32,000 nucleotides of DNA, from the NCBI RefSeq assembly GCF_042685085.1, contig NZ_JBHUMM010000023.1, positions 33,157 to 65,156 of the forward strand, written 5' to 3'. The translations under genes and the position numbers were made by a program. Within the stretch, counting starts at the first letter, position 1, and every line of letters starts with the position of its first letter. Source of the DNA: Marinicrinis sediminis. Lineage in GTDB: Bacteria > Bacillota > Bacilli > Paenibacillales > KCTC-33676. This document shows positions 1 through 9,457 of the stretch, piece after piece. The notes below the pieces were generated by a model. It was not told the origin of the DNA, ran no database searches, and saw nothing but the letters and a program-made list of their open reading frames with translations.

Positions 1-1111
1 GCGGAACAAACGGGAAGAAGGATGTCCGGCCAATAATCGCCAGCATCGCTGGAACAAGTGTAATACTGGCGATCATCATAATGAGGATCGACAGACTGAA
101 CGGAATCGCGAAACGGTTCAGACCGCCATAATCAGCAAGCAACAGTGCCAGTAATGAAATCACGACCGTAAAGCCGCTCATGGCAATCGCGCCCGTTGAT
201 CCGGTTACGGCCTGGAATAATGCTTTTGTCTTGCTGGATTCGACCATCAGGAGCTGTCTGAAACGGGCAATCAGGAAGAGACAGTAGTCGGTACCGGCTC
301 CAAAAAGCAGCACCGTCATGATGGACAGCCCTTGTGAATCGACCACAATCCATTCCTCACGCGCCATCCATCCCAGCAGCGGACTGATCACCCCATAGGC
401 AAACCCGACGGCCACGAGCGGGATGAGAGCCAAAATAGGTGATCGATAGATGAGCAACAAGAACACCAGTACGAGAATGACCGTGGCAATTAGCAGGGAA
501 ACATCGGCGTCACTGAACAATCCAGTCGCATCAATCTGGATGCCGACAGGGCCGGTGATGCGTGCACTCAATTCCTCACTGCTGTCCACATCAGCCGCAA
601 ATAAATCTGCATTTGTAATCTGATCCACTCTCTCTTGGAATTGATCCATACTTTCCTTCAGTTGATCTACATCGGCTTCCTTGTTGAAGAAAATGGGCAG
701 CACGAAGGTCGAGCCATCCTCTGACAACTGACCTTTTACTGCGGGCAGCGGCAGTTCATGAAGCGGGACGATAAGAGACTGATTCGGAAGTGGCTCCTGC
801 GTAAATGCAGCAGTTAACTGCTGTACAATCTGAACATCTCCATCGGTCATCCCCTTCTCCCGATGAAGCACAATTAACGCCGGTACGCCCGATTCACTCG
901 GAAATTCCTGCTTGGCGATCTGTTCTGCCTGAACCGACGGCAGAGAATCAGCCAGATTTTGCGCATTTTCATTCGTCTGACTGTTTCCTTGCGGAAAAAC
1001 AGCATTCAGTATGACCACCAATGAAATCCAGATCCCTAACGTGATCCAGCGGCTGTAGGTGCCGCCTACTAACTTGGCTAAGCCTTTTTTCTCTGAAACT
1101 TGCTGATCCAT
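1..1111 (-). CDS. MMPL-family (RND-superfamily) membrane transporter, N-terminal ~370 codons; the 3' end runs off the window
   Basis: Absent from the ORF track because no stop lies in the window. My own translation of the minus strand from the ATG at 1111-1109 (SD GGAAAAGGAGC just upstream) is stop-free to position 2. It reads MDQQVSEKKGLAKLVGGTYSRWITLGIWISLVVILNAV...GPVGIQIDATGLF...LVFLLLIYRSPILALIPLVAVGFAYGV...LLFGAGTDYCLFLIARFRQ...LVPAMLAIIGRTSFFPFVP. It shows a signal-anchor TM, a large external loop, then a TM bundle with the GxGxDYxxFxxxR motif typical of MMPL/YdfJ-type exporters. Confidence 0.75.
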   Translation of the reverse strand, partial: MDQQVSEKKGLAKLVGGTYSRWITLGIWISLVVILNAVFPQGNSQTNENAQNLADSLPSVQAEQIAKQEFPSESGVPALIVLHREKGMTDGDVQIVQQLTAAFTQEPLPNQSLIVPLHELPLPAVKGQLSEDGSTFVLPIFFNKEADVDQLKESMDQFQERVDQITNADLFAADVDSSEELSARITGPVGIQIDATGLFSDADVSLLIATVILVLVFLLLIYRSPILALIPLVAVGFAYGVISPLLGWMAREEWIVVDSQGLSIMTVLLFGAGTDYCLFLIARFRQLLMVESSKTKALFQAVTGSTGAIAMSGFTVVISLLALLLADYGGLNRFAIPFSLSILIMMIASITLVPAMLAIIGRTSFFPFVP

Positions 1112-1150
1112 GATATCGCTCCTTTTCCCATCCATTCGTCATGCTTTCAT

Positions 1151-1178
1151 TTTCAATATCGATCATTCAGGCTATAAT
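1151..1178 (+). promoter_or_regulatory. candidate sigma-A promoter for the TetR gene (-35 TTTCAA, 16-nt spacer, -10 TATAAT)
   Basis: There is a perfect TATAAT at 1173-1178 in the divergent intergenic region, but the -35 at 1151-1156 is weak. No clear palindromic operator was found. Confidence 0.25.
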
Positions 1179-1244
1179 ACAAACAGAAGTCAAACTAATT
1201 ATATATACCGGAAGGTTAATTTTCAAGAGGGAAAGGAAGAGGTG

Positions 1245-1865
1245 ATGGTTATGCAGCAGGAATCCAGGCGTTCGCCAGGGAGACCCAAAAAAAATCCGCA
1301 ACTGGATCAGCAGACCAGCCTGCTCATATTGCGTACGGCTGCCGCATCTTTTATGGAGTTCGGCTATGAGAAGGTTTCCCTTGATCACATTGCCAAGCAG
1401 TGTGGTGTGACCAAGGCGACCGTGTATTACTATTACGCCAACAAGGCCAATCTGTTTACGGAGTCCGTCGTCACCATGTTCCGTAATATTACGCAACACG
1501 TCACGCGGTATCTCACCCAACCCAAGCCATTGAAAGAAAGATTGCTGGATATTGCCGCTGTGCAGATGGGGAATGAATATGGAGAGTTTGAGACGTTGAT
1601 GAAGGAAGCATCCTCGCATCTCAGCGCGGAACAAATTGAGCGAATTCGACAGGGAGAAGTCAGTGTCCATCATGTGATGATAGAAGGATTTCAGGAAGGA
1701 ATCAAGACTGGGGATCTGGCCGACTATGACCCCATGCTGCTTTCCCTTGCCTTTGCCTCCATGCTCATGATGGGAAATCGGGAGCTGATGATGCAACAGT
1801 ATGATAATCATCAAGATGCCGCACAGGCCATTGTGGAGCTGTTCTGGAACGGGGCTGGCAAGTAG
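1245..1865 (+). CDS. TetR/AcrR-family transcriptional regulator
   Basis: Part of ORF 1110..1865. The N-terminal HTH GRPKKN...LRTAAASFMEFGYEKVSLDHIAKQCGVTKATVYYYYANKANLF is the classical TetR_N signature. I moved the start to the ATG at 1245 (MVMQQESRRSPGRPKK), which follows GAGGGAAAGGAAGAGGTG. The first 45 codons of the track ORF overlap the divergent MMPL start and look non-coding. Confidence 0.85.
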   Translation: MVMQQESRRSPGRPKKNPQLDQQTSLLILRTAAASFMEFGYEKVSLDHIAKQCGVTKATVYYYYANKANLFTESVVTMFRNITQHVTRYLTQPKPLKERLLDIAAVQMGNEYGEFETLMKEASSHLSAEQIERIRQGEVSVHHVMIEGFQEGIKTGDLADYDPMLLSLAFASMLMMGNRELMMQQYDNHQDAAQAIVELFWNGAGK

Positions 1866-2111
1866 AGGATAAGAGTATGGATTATTTGGTAGGGGGTTTA
1901 TCAATGAGGTTCTTTCTTTTCATCTTCACAACGGCATTAGTTGTTTCTGTCGTATTGTTCTAACTTCTTGGATCTCTATTTTCTATAGAAGACGATCTAG
2001 GTATGATCCATCTTTTTGGCATGATCATCATCCAAAATGCTTTCATTATTGGGCTGGTCAGCAACATCAAAATGAAAGCACGCTAAATATCCTTACCAAA
2101 ATATCTTTACC

Positions 2112-2152
2112 AAAAAAAAGAGAAGCTCCGTCTCCATCGGACATCGCTTCTC
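2112..2152 (-). terminator. rho-independent terminator of argH
   Basis: The minus strand reads GAGAAGCGATGTCCGATGGAGACGGAGCTTCTC followed by TTTTTTTT. This is a GC-rich hairpin plus U-tract 15 nt after the argH stop. Confidence 0.6.
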
Positions 2153-2166
2153 TTCACCAGTTCGTC

Positions 2167-3585
2167 TTATCGCTGGTCGTGCTCTCCTTTTTCTGCGACC
2201 CACTGCTTGGTGCCTTCCAGTTGGTCTTGTGCACGCTCTATGGCTTTTGCCACCTGTGGCTTGGCCGTTCCCCCGTAGACATTGCGTGCGTTGACCACTT
2301 GCTCCGGCTGAAGCACGGCATAAATGTCATCCTCAAACAATTTGGAGAACTGCTTGAATTCATCCAGGTTCAAATCAAGCAAATACTTTTGCTGCTGAAT
2401 GCAGTACAGCACCGTTTTGCCAATCACTTCGTGCGCTTGTCGGAATGGCAATCCCTTGTTCACGAGATAATCAGCGATGTCTGTTGCATTGGAGAAGTCC
2501 TGATTAACGGCCTGTCTCATGCGCTCTCCGTTGACTTTCATGGTAGAGATCATAGGCGCAAACAGTTGCAAGGCGCCCTGCAACGTTTTGACCGTATCAA
2601 ACATACCTTCCTTGTCTTCCTGCATATCCTTGTTGTACGCAAGCGGCAAGGATTTCAGCAAGGTCAGCAAGCCAATCAGATGGCCATAGACTCTCCCCGT
2701 CTTCCCGCGAACGAGCTCCGGCACGTCCGGGTTTTTCTTCTGGGGCATGATGCTGCTGCCTGTACAGAAGGCATCATCCAGTTCGACGAAATTGAATTCG
2801 GTGCTGGACCACATAATCAATTCCTCACTCAATCTGGACAGATGCATCATGATCAAGGAAGCGGCAGAGAGAAATTCCACGATAAAATCGCGATCACTGA
2901 CGGCATCCAGACTATTCTCATAGACCTCGTCAAACCCGAGCTGCTCTGCGACAAAATGGCGATCGATCGGGAAGGTAGTACCAGCCAGTGCTCCCGCTCC
3001 AAGCGGCAATCGGTTAATCCGTTTCACACTGTCTTGCAGCCGTTCAATGTCACGCTGAAACATAGAGACATAGGCCATCATATGATGGGCAAACGAGATC
3101 GGCTGAGCCCGTTGCAAATGCGTATAGCCCGGCAAGATGGTATCCAGGTGCGTCCTGGCCTGCTGAAGCAGCGCTTCCTGCAGCTTGGTCAGCATATCTA
3201 CGAACTCGACAGTCCGACGGCGCAAATACAGGTGCATATCCGTCGCTACCTGATCATTGCGGCTGCGGCCGGTATGCAGCTTGCCTCCAACTGAACCGAC
3301 TTCCTCAATCAGCATGCGTTCAATATTCATGTGAATGTCTTCGTCACCGACCGAATATTCCACTTCACCCCGGCGAAGTTTACCCAGCACTTTATGCAGA
3401 CCTTCCTTGATGGTCTCCACATCTTCTTCCGGGATAATGCCACATTTCCCCAGCATGGTCACGTGTGCGAGGCTGCCTTGTACATCTTCCTCCGCCAACT
3501 CCTGATCAAAACCGATCGATGCGGTATATTCCTCTACTAACTGGTTGGTTTGCTTCGTAAAGCGTCCTCCCCACAATTTTGACAC
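2167..3585 (-). CDS. argH: argininosuccinate lyase
   Basis: The 472-aa ORF begins [27 protein letters not shown] and contains GTTFPIDR and [12 protein letters not shown] (the fumarate-lyase signature). It has a GTG start with GAAGGAG 8 nt upstream. Confidence 0.95.
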   Translation of the reverse strand: MSKLWGGRFTKQTNQLVEEYTASIGFDQELAEEDVQGSLAHVTMLGKCGIIPEEDVETIKEGLHKVLGKLRRGEVEYSVGDEDIHMNIERMLIEEVGSVGGKLHTGRSRNDQVATDMHLYLRRRTVEFVDMLTKLQEALLQQARTHLDTILPGYTHLQRAQPISFAHHMMAYVSMFQRDIERLQDSVKRINRLPLGAGALAGTTFPIDRHFVAEQLGFDEVYENSLDAVSDRDFIVEFLSAASLIMMHLSRLSEELIMWSSTEFNFVELDDAFCTGSSIMPQKKNPDVPELVRGKTGRVYGHLIGLLTLLKSLPLAYNKDMQEDKEGMFDTVKTLQGALQLFAPMISTMKVNGERMRQAVNQDFSNATDIADYLVNKGLPFRQAHEVIGKTVLYCIQQQKYLLDLNLDEFKQFSKLFEDDIYAVLQPEQVVNARNVYGGTAKPQVAKAIERAQDQLEGTKQWVAEKGEHDQR

Positions 3586-3621
3586 GTTGCTTGCTCCTTC
3601 CTTACCTCTATCTGATTTCGC

Positions 3622-4851
3622 TTATTTCCCCTGAACGCCCGCAGATACTTTCAGACGCAGCGCATTCAATTGAATAAAGCCTGTTGCATCGTCCTGATTG
3701 TAAGCCTGGCTCGGGTCTGCTTCCATCGTTGCGATATCCGGATTGTACAAGCTAACCGGACTCTTCACGCCCGCCGTCATGATGTTTCCTTTGTACAGCT
3801 TCACCCGAACGGTGCCAGTGACGTTTTTCTGGCTCTCGGTCACCAGTGCCTGCAAGCAGAGACGCTCCGGTGCAAACCAGAAGCCATTGTACACCAGTGT
3901 GCTGTAGCGCGTAATCAGGGAATCACGCAGATTCATCACTTCGCGATCCATGGTCAGGGATTCCATCACCCGATGTGCATGGAACAATACTGTTCCCCCT
4001 GGGGTTTCGTATACGCCTCTGCTCTTCATACCAACAAAGCGATTCTCTACCATATCAATCCGGCCAATGCCGTGCTTGCCGCCCAGCTCATTCAGTGCTT
4101 CCATCACCTGCAGCGGATTCAATCGCTCCCCGTTAATAGAGACACAGTCCCCCTGCTCAAATGCGAGCTCGACATACTCGGCTTGATCCGGTGCCTCTTC
4201 GGGCGATACACTCAGCACGTACATATCCTGATTGGATGCAGCTGTCGCATCAAACCATGGATCCTCAAGTGCACCGCTCTCAAAGCTGATATGCAGCAAA
4301 TTGCGATCCATAGAGTAGGATTTGGCAGCTGTAGCCGTCACATCAATGCCATGCTGCTGTGCATAGGCGATCATCTCCGCACGTCCAGGGAATTGATCAC
4401 GGAATTGCGCATTGCGCCAAGGGGCAATGACTTCAATGTCCGGAGCCAGAGCTGCCACGCCGAGCTCAAATCGAACCTGATCGTTGCCTTTTCCGGTTGC
4501 CCCGTGTGCAATCGCGGTCGCCCCTTCCTTGCGGGCAATCTCCACCATGCGTTTGGCGATAAGTGGTCTGGCAATGCTCGTTCCAAGCAAATATTGCCCT
4601 TCATACATCGCACCCGCCTGAAACATCGGATATATGAAGTCGGCTGCAAATTCTTCTCTCAAGTCATCAATGTACACCTTGGACGCTCCTGTTTTCAGCG
4701 CTTTCTCCTCAAGTCCGTCCAATTCTTCCTTCTGCCCGATATCTGCGGTGAAAGCGATCACTTCTGCGTCATACGTTTCCTTTAACCAGGCTAATATAAC
4801 CGAAGTGTCCAATCCACCGGAATAAGCCAATACGATTTTTTGCTTTGCCAA
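3622..4851 (-). CDS. argG: argininosuccinate synthase
   Basis: The ORF carries [16 protein letters not shown] (the N-type ATP-PPase motif) and [13 protein letters not shown]. The track start at 4878 is probably too long. The TTG at 4851 ([13 protein letters not shown]) sits about 8 nt after AGAAAGGGTG, and the GTG at 4860 is the alternative. Confidence 0.93.
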   Translation of the reverse strand: MAKQKIVLAYSGGLDTSVILAWLKETYDAEVIAFTADIGQKEELDGLEEKALKTGASKVYIDDLREEFAADFIYPMFQAGAMYEGQYLLGTSIARPLIAKRMVEIARKEGATAIAHGATGKGNDQVRFELGVAALAPDIEVIAPWRNAQFRDQFPGRAEMIAYAQQHGIDVTATAAKSYSMDRNLLHISFESGALEDPWFDATAASNQDMYVLSVSPEEAPDQAEYVELAFEQGDCVSINGERLNPLQVMEALNELGGKHGIGRIDMVENRFVGMKSRGVYETPGGTVLFHAHRVMESLTMDREVMNLRDSLITRYSTLVYNGFWFAPERLCLQALVTESQKNVTGTVRVKLYKGNIMTAGVKSPVSLYNPDIATMEADPSQAYNQDDATGFIQLNALRLKVSAGVQGK

Positions 4852-4992
4852 TACAAACACCCTTTCTCCTCTATGCAAACGAGATTTTATTTCCTCTCAT
4901 CCCTACTGGCCTGCATCCCAATATTCCCTTTATTACTCATATTTCCTCTAAGACTGTATGCTGTATGTTCCCTGCAAGCCTTTCGAAGTGGC

Positions 4993-5985
4993 TTATCCCA
5001 TCAATGCAGCCAAGATCGCTTTCTGCGCATGAAGACGATTTTCGGCCTGATCATAAATGACACTGTTGTCGCCATCAATCACACCTTCGCTCACTTCTTC
5101 TCCACGGTGAGCAGGCAGACAGTGCATAAACAGATAATCTGGCTTGGCCAGTTCCGTTAATGATTCATCCACCTGAAAGTCGGCAAACGCCTTTTCCCGA
5201 GCTGCTTGCTCTTCTTCAAATCCCATGCTCGCCCATACATCGGTATAAATGACATCGGCATCCGCAACGGCTTCCTTGGGATTATGGGTGAGGGTAACCT
5301 TGCCGCCATTGAGCGCAGCATGTTCAATGGACAGCTCCGTCACTTCCTGATCGGGCTCATAGCCTTCTGGCGTGGCCACTGCAATGTGCATGCCGAGTTT
5401 GGCTGCACCCATCATCAGGGAATGAGCCATATTGTTCCCATCGCCAATATATGCGATTTTAAGTCCTTTTAGCGGTCCCTTCTTCTCCTGGATCGTCTGG
5501 TAGTCAGCCAACGCCTGACACGGGTGAGACAAGTCCGTCAGGCCATTGATGACCGGAATGGTCGCCGCACGTGCGATATCAATGACGTTCTTGTGGCCAA
5601 AGGTACGAATCATGATGCCGTCCAAATAGCGGGACATGACTTGACCGGTATCCCAGATGGGTTCCCCGCGACCGATTTGCAAATCATTGCGGCTCAAGAA
5701 CAGGGCGTGACCGCCAAGCTGGTACATGCCGACCTCAAAGGACACCCGTGTCCGGGTAGAGGATTTTTCAAATATCATTCCGAGCGTCTTCCCTTTCAGC
5801 GGATGATATACCTCTCCTGCTTCTTGCTTCGCTTTCAGTTCGATCGCAAAATCGATCAGGTATTGAATTTCCTCCGGTGTATAGTCGACCAGCGCAAGAA
5901 GATCTCTTCCTTTCAGCTGCGCTGCTATTTCCGGATGGAAGGTAACGGTACTCGTTTGTGGCATTTCAGTCATCGGTATGATCAT
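4993..5985 (-). CDS. argF: ornithine carbamoyltransferase
   Basis: The 330-aa ORF has FEKSSTRTRVSFE (carbamoyl-phosphate binding STRTR), HPCQALAD and HCLPAHRGEE. The start is uncertain (5985, 5973 or 5964). Confidence 0.93.
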   Translation of the reverse strand: MIIPMTEMPQTSTVTFHPEIAAQLKGRDLLALVDYTPEEIQYLIDFAIELKAKQEAGEVYHPLKGKTLGMIFEKSSTRTRVSFEVGMYQLGGHALFLSRNDLQIGRGEPIWDTGQVMSRYLDGIMIRTFGHKNVIDIARAATIPVINGLTDLSHPCQALADYQTIQEKKGPLKGLKIAYIGDGNNMAHSLMMGAAKLGMHIAVATPEGYEPDQEVTELSIEHAALNGGKVTLTHNPKEAVADADVIYTDVWASMGFEEEQAAREKAFADFQVDESLTELAKPDYLFMHCLPAHRGEEVSEGVIDGDNSVIYDQAENRLHAQKAILAALMG

Positions 5986-6008
5986 ACTCCCTTCTTCTGA
6001 TTATGGAT

Positions 6009-7190
6009 CTATTTTTCCGTTCCCAGTACCTGTTCCAGAATGGTCATTGCTTCATCCAGCTCTGTCTCGGTCACGAGGAAGTTCGGCAACAAACGCAATA
6101 CATTCGGTCCGGCCTGCACGACGAGCAGCCCCTTTTCTCTGGCCTGCTGGATATAGTCGGCCACGGCATGATCAAATTGAATCCCGATCAGCAATCCCTT
6201 TCCGCGAATCTCAAGGACATCCTTACGTCCGCCATACCGTTCCTGCAATCTGGAAAGCAGACGACTGCCCAAGTCCGCAACGCGATCGATCAACTGCTGC
6301 TGATCCATCGTTTCCAGTACAGCAAGACCGACGGAGGACGCGATCGGGGTGCCGCCAAACGTTGTGGCATGACTGCCAGGGCCGAATGCTTCTGCCAGAT
6401 GGGCCTTTCCAAGCATGGCACCAATCGGGAAGCCGTTTCCGAGCCCTTTGGCTACGGTGACGATATCCGGCTCGATGCCGTAATGCTGATAGGCGAACCA
6501 TTTGCCCGTTCTGCCAATCCCTGTCTGGATCTCATCGACGATCATCAATATTCCGTGTTCACGGCACAATTCGGCTACGCCTTGTACGAAAGAGGGCTCT
6601 GCCGGATTCACACCACCTTCTCCCTGTACCATTTCAAGCATGATGGCACAGGTACGGTCGCTGATTTTGGACGCCAATGCATCCAGATCATTATACGGTG
6701 AGTATACAAAGCCAGCCGGAAGAGGGTGGAAGCCATCTTTTACTTTATCCTGACCGGTTGCCGTCAGTGTGGCGAGCGTACGACCATGAAAAGACTGTTC
6801 GAAGGTCACAATTTCGTTTCGCCCTGTTTGAAGCACGTTTTGATGATATTTGCGTGCCAGTTTGATTGCCGCTTCATTGGCTTCAGCCCCACTATTGCAG
6901 AAAAAGACTCGGTCCGCATCACTGATTTCGATGAGCTTCTGTGCAAGCTTTTCCTGTTGTGGAACCTGATACAGGTTGGACACATGCCACAGTTGGTCGA
7001 CTTGCTCATGCAAGGCGGCCTTTACGGCCGGGTGACAATGCCCGAGGTTGGTCACGGCCAGGCCACTCACAAAATCCAGATAAGCCTTCCCCTGTTCATC
7101 CCACAATCGGCTGCCCTCTCCCTTCACAAACGCCACCGGTGTCCGTGCATAGGTAGGAAACAGGACTTGCTGCTTCGTCGTCTCTGTCAT
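6009..7190 (-). CDS. argD: acetylornithine aminotransferase (class-III PLP)
   Basis: The 393-aa ORF has FFCNSGAEANEAAIKLARK, LMIVDEIQTGIGRTGKWFAYQH and DIVTVAKGLGNGFPIGA (PLP lysine). The SD AAGGGGAG lies upstream. Confidence 0.93.
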   Translation of the reverse strand: MTETTKQQVLFPTYARTPVAFVKGEGSRLWDEQGKAYLDFVSGLAVTNLGHCHPAVKAALHEQVDQLWHVSNLYQVPQQEKLAQKLIEISDADRVFFCNSGAEANEAAIKLARKYHQNVLQTGRNEIVTFEQSFHGRTLATLTATGQDKVKDGFHPLPAGFVYSPYNDLDALASKISDRTCAIMLEMVQGEGGVNPAEPSFVQGVAELCREHGILMIVDEIQTGIGRTGKWFAYQHYGIEPDIVTVAKGLGNGFPIGAMLGKAHLAEAFGPGSHATTFGGTPIASSVGLAVLETMDQQQLIDRVADLGSRLLSRLQERYGGRKDVLEIRGKGLLIGIQFDHAVADYIQQAREKGLLVVQAGPNVLRLLPNFLVTETELDEAMTILEQVLGTEK

Positions 7191-7241
7191 CTCGATCTCA
7201 CTCCCCTTGATTCATGGTATCTATCGTTTACCGTTTGTTGC

Positions 7242-8033
7242 TTATCCCTTGCGAATGGCGGTGCCTTTCGCCCGGCCTTTCAGTACGTCGGTCATGGCGC
7301 CAGCTTCCTTGCCGCTAATAATGACCACTTCCGATACGCCGCCTTCAAGGCTCTTCAGTGCAGCACGCACCTTTGGAATCATGCCGCCATAGATCTCGCC
7401 ACTATCGATCATCGTTTCAATTTCCTGTTCGGTAACGGTTTGCTGGATCACTTTTTCGCCGTTTATAGTCTTCATAATACCGGGGACATCGGTGACGACA
7501 ATCATCCGTTCCACCCCAATGGAGGAGGCGACTGCGCCCGCTGCCGTATCTGCATTGATGTTGTATCGCTGACCAGCCTGATCAATGCCCAACGGAGCAA
7601 TCACCGGTATGAAGCCCATTTGTGTGAGCCCATGGATGATGTCTCCCCTCACGCGGGTGACTTCACCGACAAAACCAATTTCATGTGCATTGGCGACGGG
7701 TGCAGCTTCAATCAATGCGCCGTCAATTCCGCTAATGCCGAGCGATTGCGCGCCTGTCTGATTGATTTTTCGGACGATTTGCTTATTAATCTGACCGGAT
7801 AACACCATCTCCACCACGTCGAGGACGTCTTCGCTGGTTTTACGCAATCCTTGAACAAACTCCGTTTCAATTTGCAATTTTTCCAGAATGCGGGAAATGG
7901 CGGGTCCTCCGCCATGTACAATGACCGGCATCATCTGTTCTGCCTGCAGTTGCCTGAGCTCCTCGAAAAATGATTCCGGCAGCTCTGCCACGGTGCTGCC
8001 CCCGCATTTCATTACAAAATGATGCATTTCCAT
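7242..8033 (-). CDS. argB: acetylglutamate kinase
   Basis: The 263-aa ORF has VMKCGGS, VIVHGGGPAISR and NINADTAAGAVA, which are amino-acid kinase family motifs. Confidence 0.93.
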   Translation of the reverse strand: MEMHHFVMKCGGSTVAELPESFFEELRQLQAEQMMPVIVHGGGPAISRILEKLQIETEFVQGLRKTSEDVLDVVEMVLSGQINKQIVRKINQTGAQSLGISGIDGALIEAAPVANAHEIGFVGEVTRVRGDIIHGLTQMGFIPVIAPLGIDQAGQRYNINADTAAGAVASSIGVERMIVVTDVPGIMKTINGEKVIQQTVTEQEIETMIDSGEIYGGMIPKVRAALKSLEGGVSEVVIISGKEAGAMTDVLKGRAKGTAIRKG

Positions 8034-8199
8034 ACTTACCGTGCTCCCTTGCTATATCGATCTTGCTATTGCGTCATGTTTATTCCTGCTATTCCTTAAT
8101 GACTCTCATTTGACTGTGATTCGCTCGTTGGTCGATGCTCTGTATGGCTAAATGAAGATTCCGTCATGTTATGCCTTCGAATGCTTTCGTACGCCTTCG

Positions 8200-9426
8200 T
8201 CAAGTGCGATATGCTGCATTGATCCGCACGTACTCATACGTCAGGTCACAGCCCCATGCCTTGGAGGCGTACTCGCCATCATGCAGATCCACTTCAATCG
8301 TGACGGTATCTGCTGTTTTCAAATATTCCGTCGCGGCCTCGTCATCAAAGGGTACGGGCCTGGATTTTTCCAGTACGCTAAATTCACCCAGTCGTATATC
8401 GACTTGTTCGGTAGCGACGACGACACCGGCTCGCCCGACACAGGCAATGATCCGCCCCCAGTTGGCATCTGCACCAAACAAAGCTGTTTTCACGAGACTG
8501 GAGCCCATGATGGTCTTGGCAATCGCTCTGGCTGCCTCCGTACTCGGTGCGCCGCTGACAGTCACCTCTACCAGTTTGGTAGCTCCCTCGCCATCTCTAG
8601 CAATCGCTTTGGCCAGTACTTCGGCCACATAGGCAAAAGCCTGCTTGAAGGCCAGCCAATCCGGATGATGCTCATGAAGTGGAAGATGCTCAGCCTGACC
8701 GCTTGCCATGGCTAAAACCATATCATTTGTACTCGTGTCTCCGTCTACGGTGATCATGTTGAATGTCGCATCTGTCATTTCCTTTAGCAAGGCGTGAAGC
8801 CCCGGCTCAGAGATGACGGCATCAGTCGTGATAAAGCCAAGCATGGTCGCCATATTAGGATGGATCATACCCGACCCCTTGGCTACACCGGTAATCATCA
8901 CCGGTTGTCCGTCGATCGTCACGATCACCGAAGCGGTTTTCTTCACGAGATCTGTCGTGAGAATGGATTGGCAAAAATCTTCTCCCCCGTCGCGATTCAG
9001 CACTGCCGGCAATCGCTCGATGCCGGACATGACTTTCTCCATCGGCATCAGTTCCCCGATTACGCCTGTGGAGCTGACAGCCACCTGCTGAGCTGAAATT
9101 TGCAGGGCCTCGGCAAAAGACTCTCGCATTTTGCGGGCATCGTCCAATCCTTGCTTGCCTGTACAGGCATTCGCATTCCCGCTGTTGACAATGACCGCTC
9201 TCAGTCCTTCGCCTGCAGAGAGACTGTCACGGGTCACGGTTAAGGGAGCTGCCTGAAACAAGTTGGTCGTATACACAGCCGCTGAGACTGCCGGGACCTC
9301 ACACACGATCGCACCCAGGTCATGACGCTCCGTTTTCTTTAAACCACAGTGCAATCCGCCAGCCAAAAAACCTTTCGGCAAGCGAAGCGGCTCCTCTGGC
9401 AACACCTGATACTTCTCCGTTTCCAT
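8200..9426 (-). CDS. argJ: bifunctional ornithine acetyltransferase / N-acetylglutamate synthase
   Basis: The ORF carries PKGFLAGGLHCGLKK...NSGNANACTG and the autoprocessing site HPNMATMLGFITTDA. The track start at 9483 overlaps argC. The ATG at 9426 (METEKYQVLPEEPLRLPKGF) follows AGAAAGGTGA by 8 nt and matches the usual ArgJ N-terminal length. Confidence 0.92.
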   Translation of the reverse strand: METEKYQVLPEEPLRLPKGFLAGGLHCGLKKTERHDLGAIVCEVPAVSAAVYTTNLFQAAPLTVTRDSLSAGEGLRAVIVNSGNANACTGKQGLDDARKMRESFAEALQISAQQVAVSSTGVIGELMPMEKVMSGIERLPAVLNRDGGEDFCQSILTTDLVKKTASVIVTIDGQPVMITGVAKGSGMIHPNMATMLGFITTDAVISEPGLHALLKEMTDATFNMITVDGDTSTNDMVLAMASGQAEHLPLHEHHPDWLAFKQAFAYVAEVLAKAIARDGEGATKLVEVTVSGAPSTEAARAIAKTIMGSSLVKTALFGADANWGRIIACVGRAGVVVATEQVDIRLGEFSVLEKSRPVPFDDEAATEYLKTADTVTIEVDLHDGEYASKAWGCDLTYEYVRINAAYRT

Positions 9427-9457
9427 TGCTTCATTCACCTTTCTCTTCTCCATGAAA

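Noticed and set aside
1167-1904. 245-aa minus-strand ORF opposite the TetR gene
   Set aside because: The TetR HTH on the plus strand is unmistakable. The antisense product has no features and would run through the divergent promoter region.
2179-3294. 371-aa plus-strand ORF antisense to argH
   Set aside because: It lies entirely inside the well-supported argH frame. It has a low-complexity, Leu/Arg/Gln-rich translation, no SD and no recognisable motifs. This is a typical shadow ORF.
3670-4785. 371-aa plus-strand ORF antisense to argG, plus the nested ORFs 3950-4186, 4371-4649 and 4634-4825
   Set aside because: These are shadow frames of argG. The translation is Cys/His/Arg-rich with no domain signature or ribosome-binding site.
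4879-4992. Possible terminator, promoter or second ARG box in the argF-argG gap
   Set aside because: No stable hairpin with a U-tract and no good -35/-10 pair were found. The AT-rich TATGAGTAATAAAGGGAATATT segment matches the ARG-box consensus poorly, so it is mentioned only as something for a PWM scan.
6726-7802. 358-aa plus-strand ORF spanning the argD/argB junction in antisense
   Set aside because: It crosses an intergenic region of the opposite strand and overlaps two strongly supported genes. There is no SD and no motifs.
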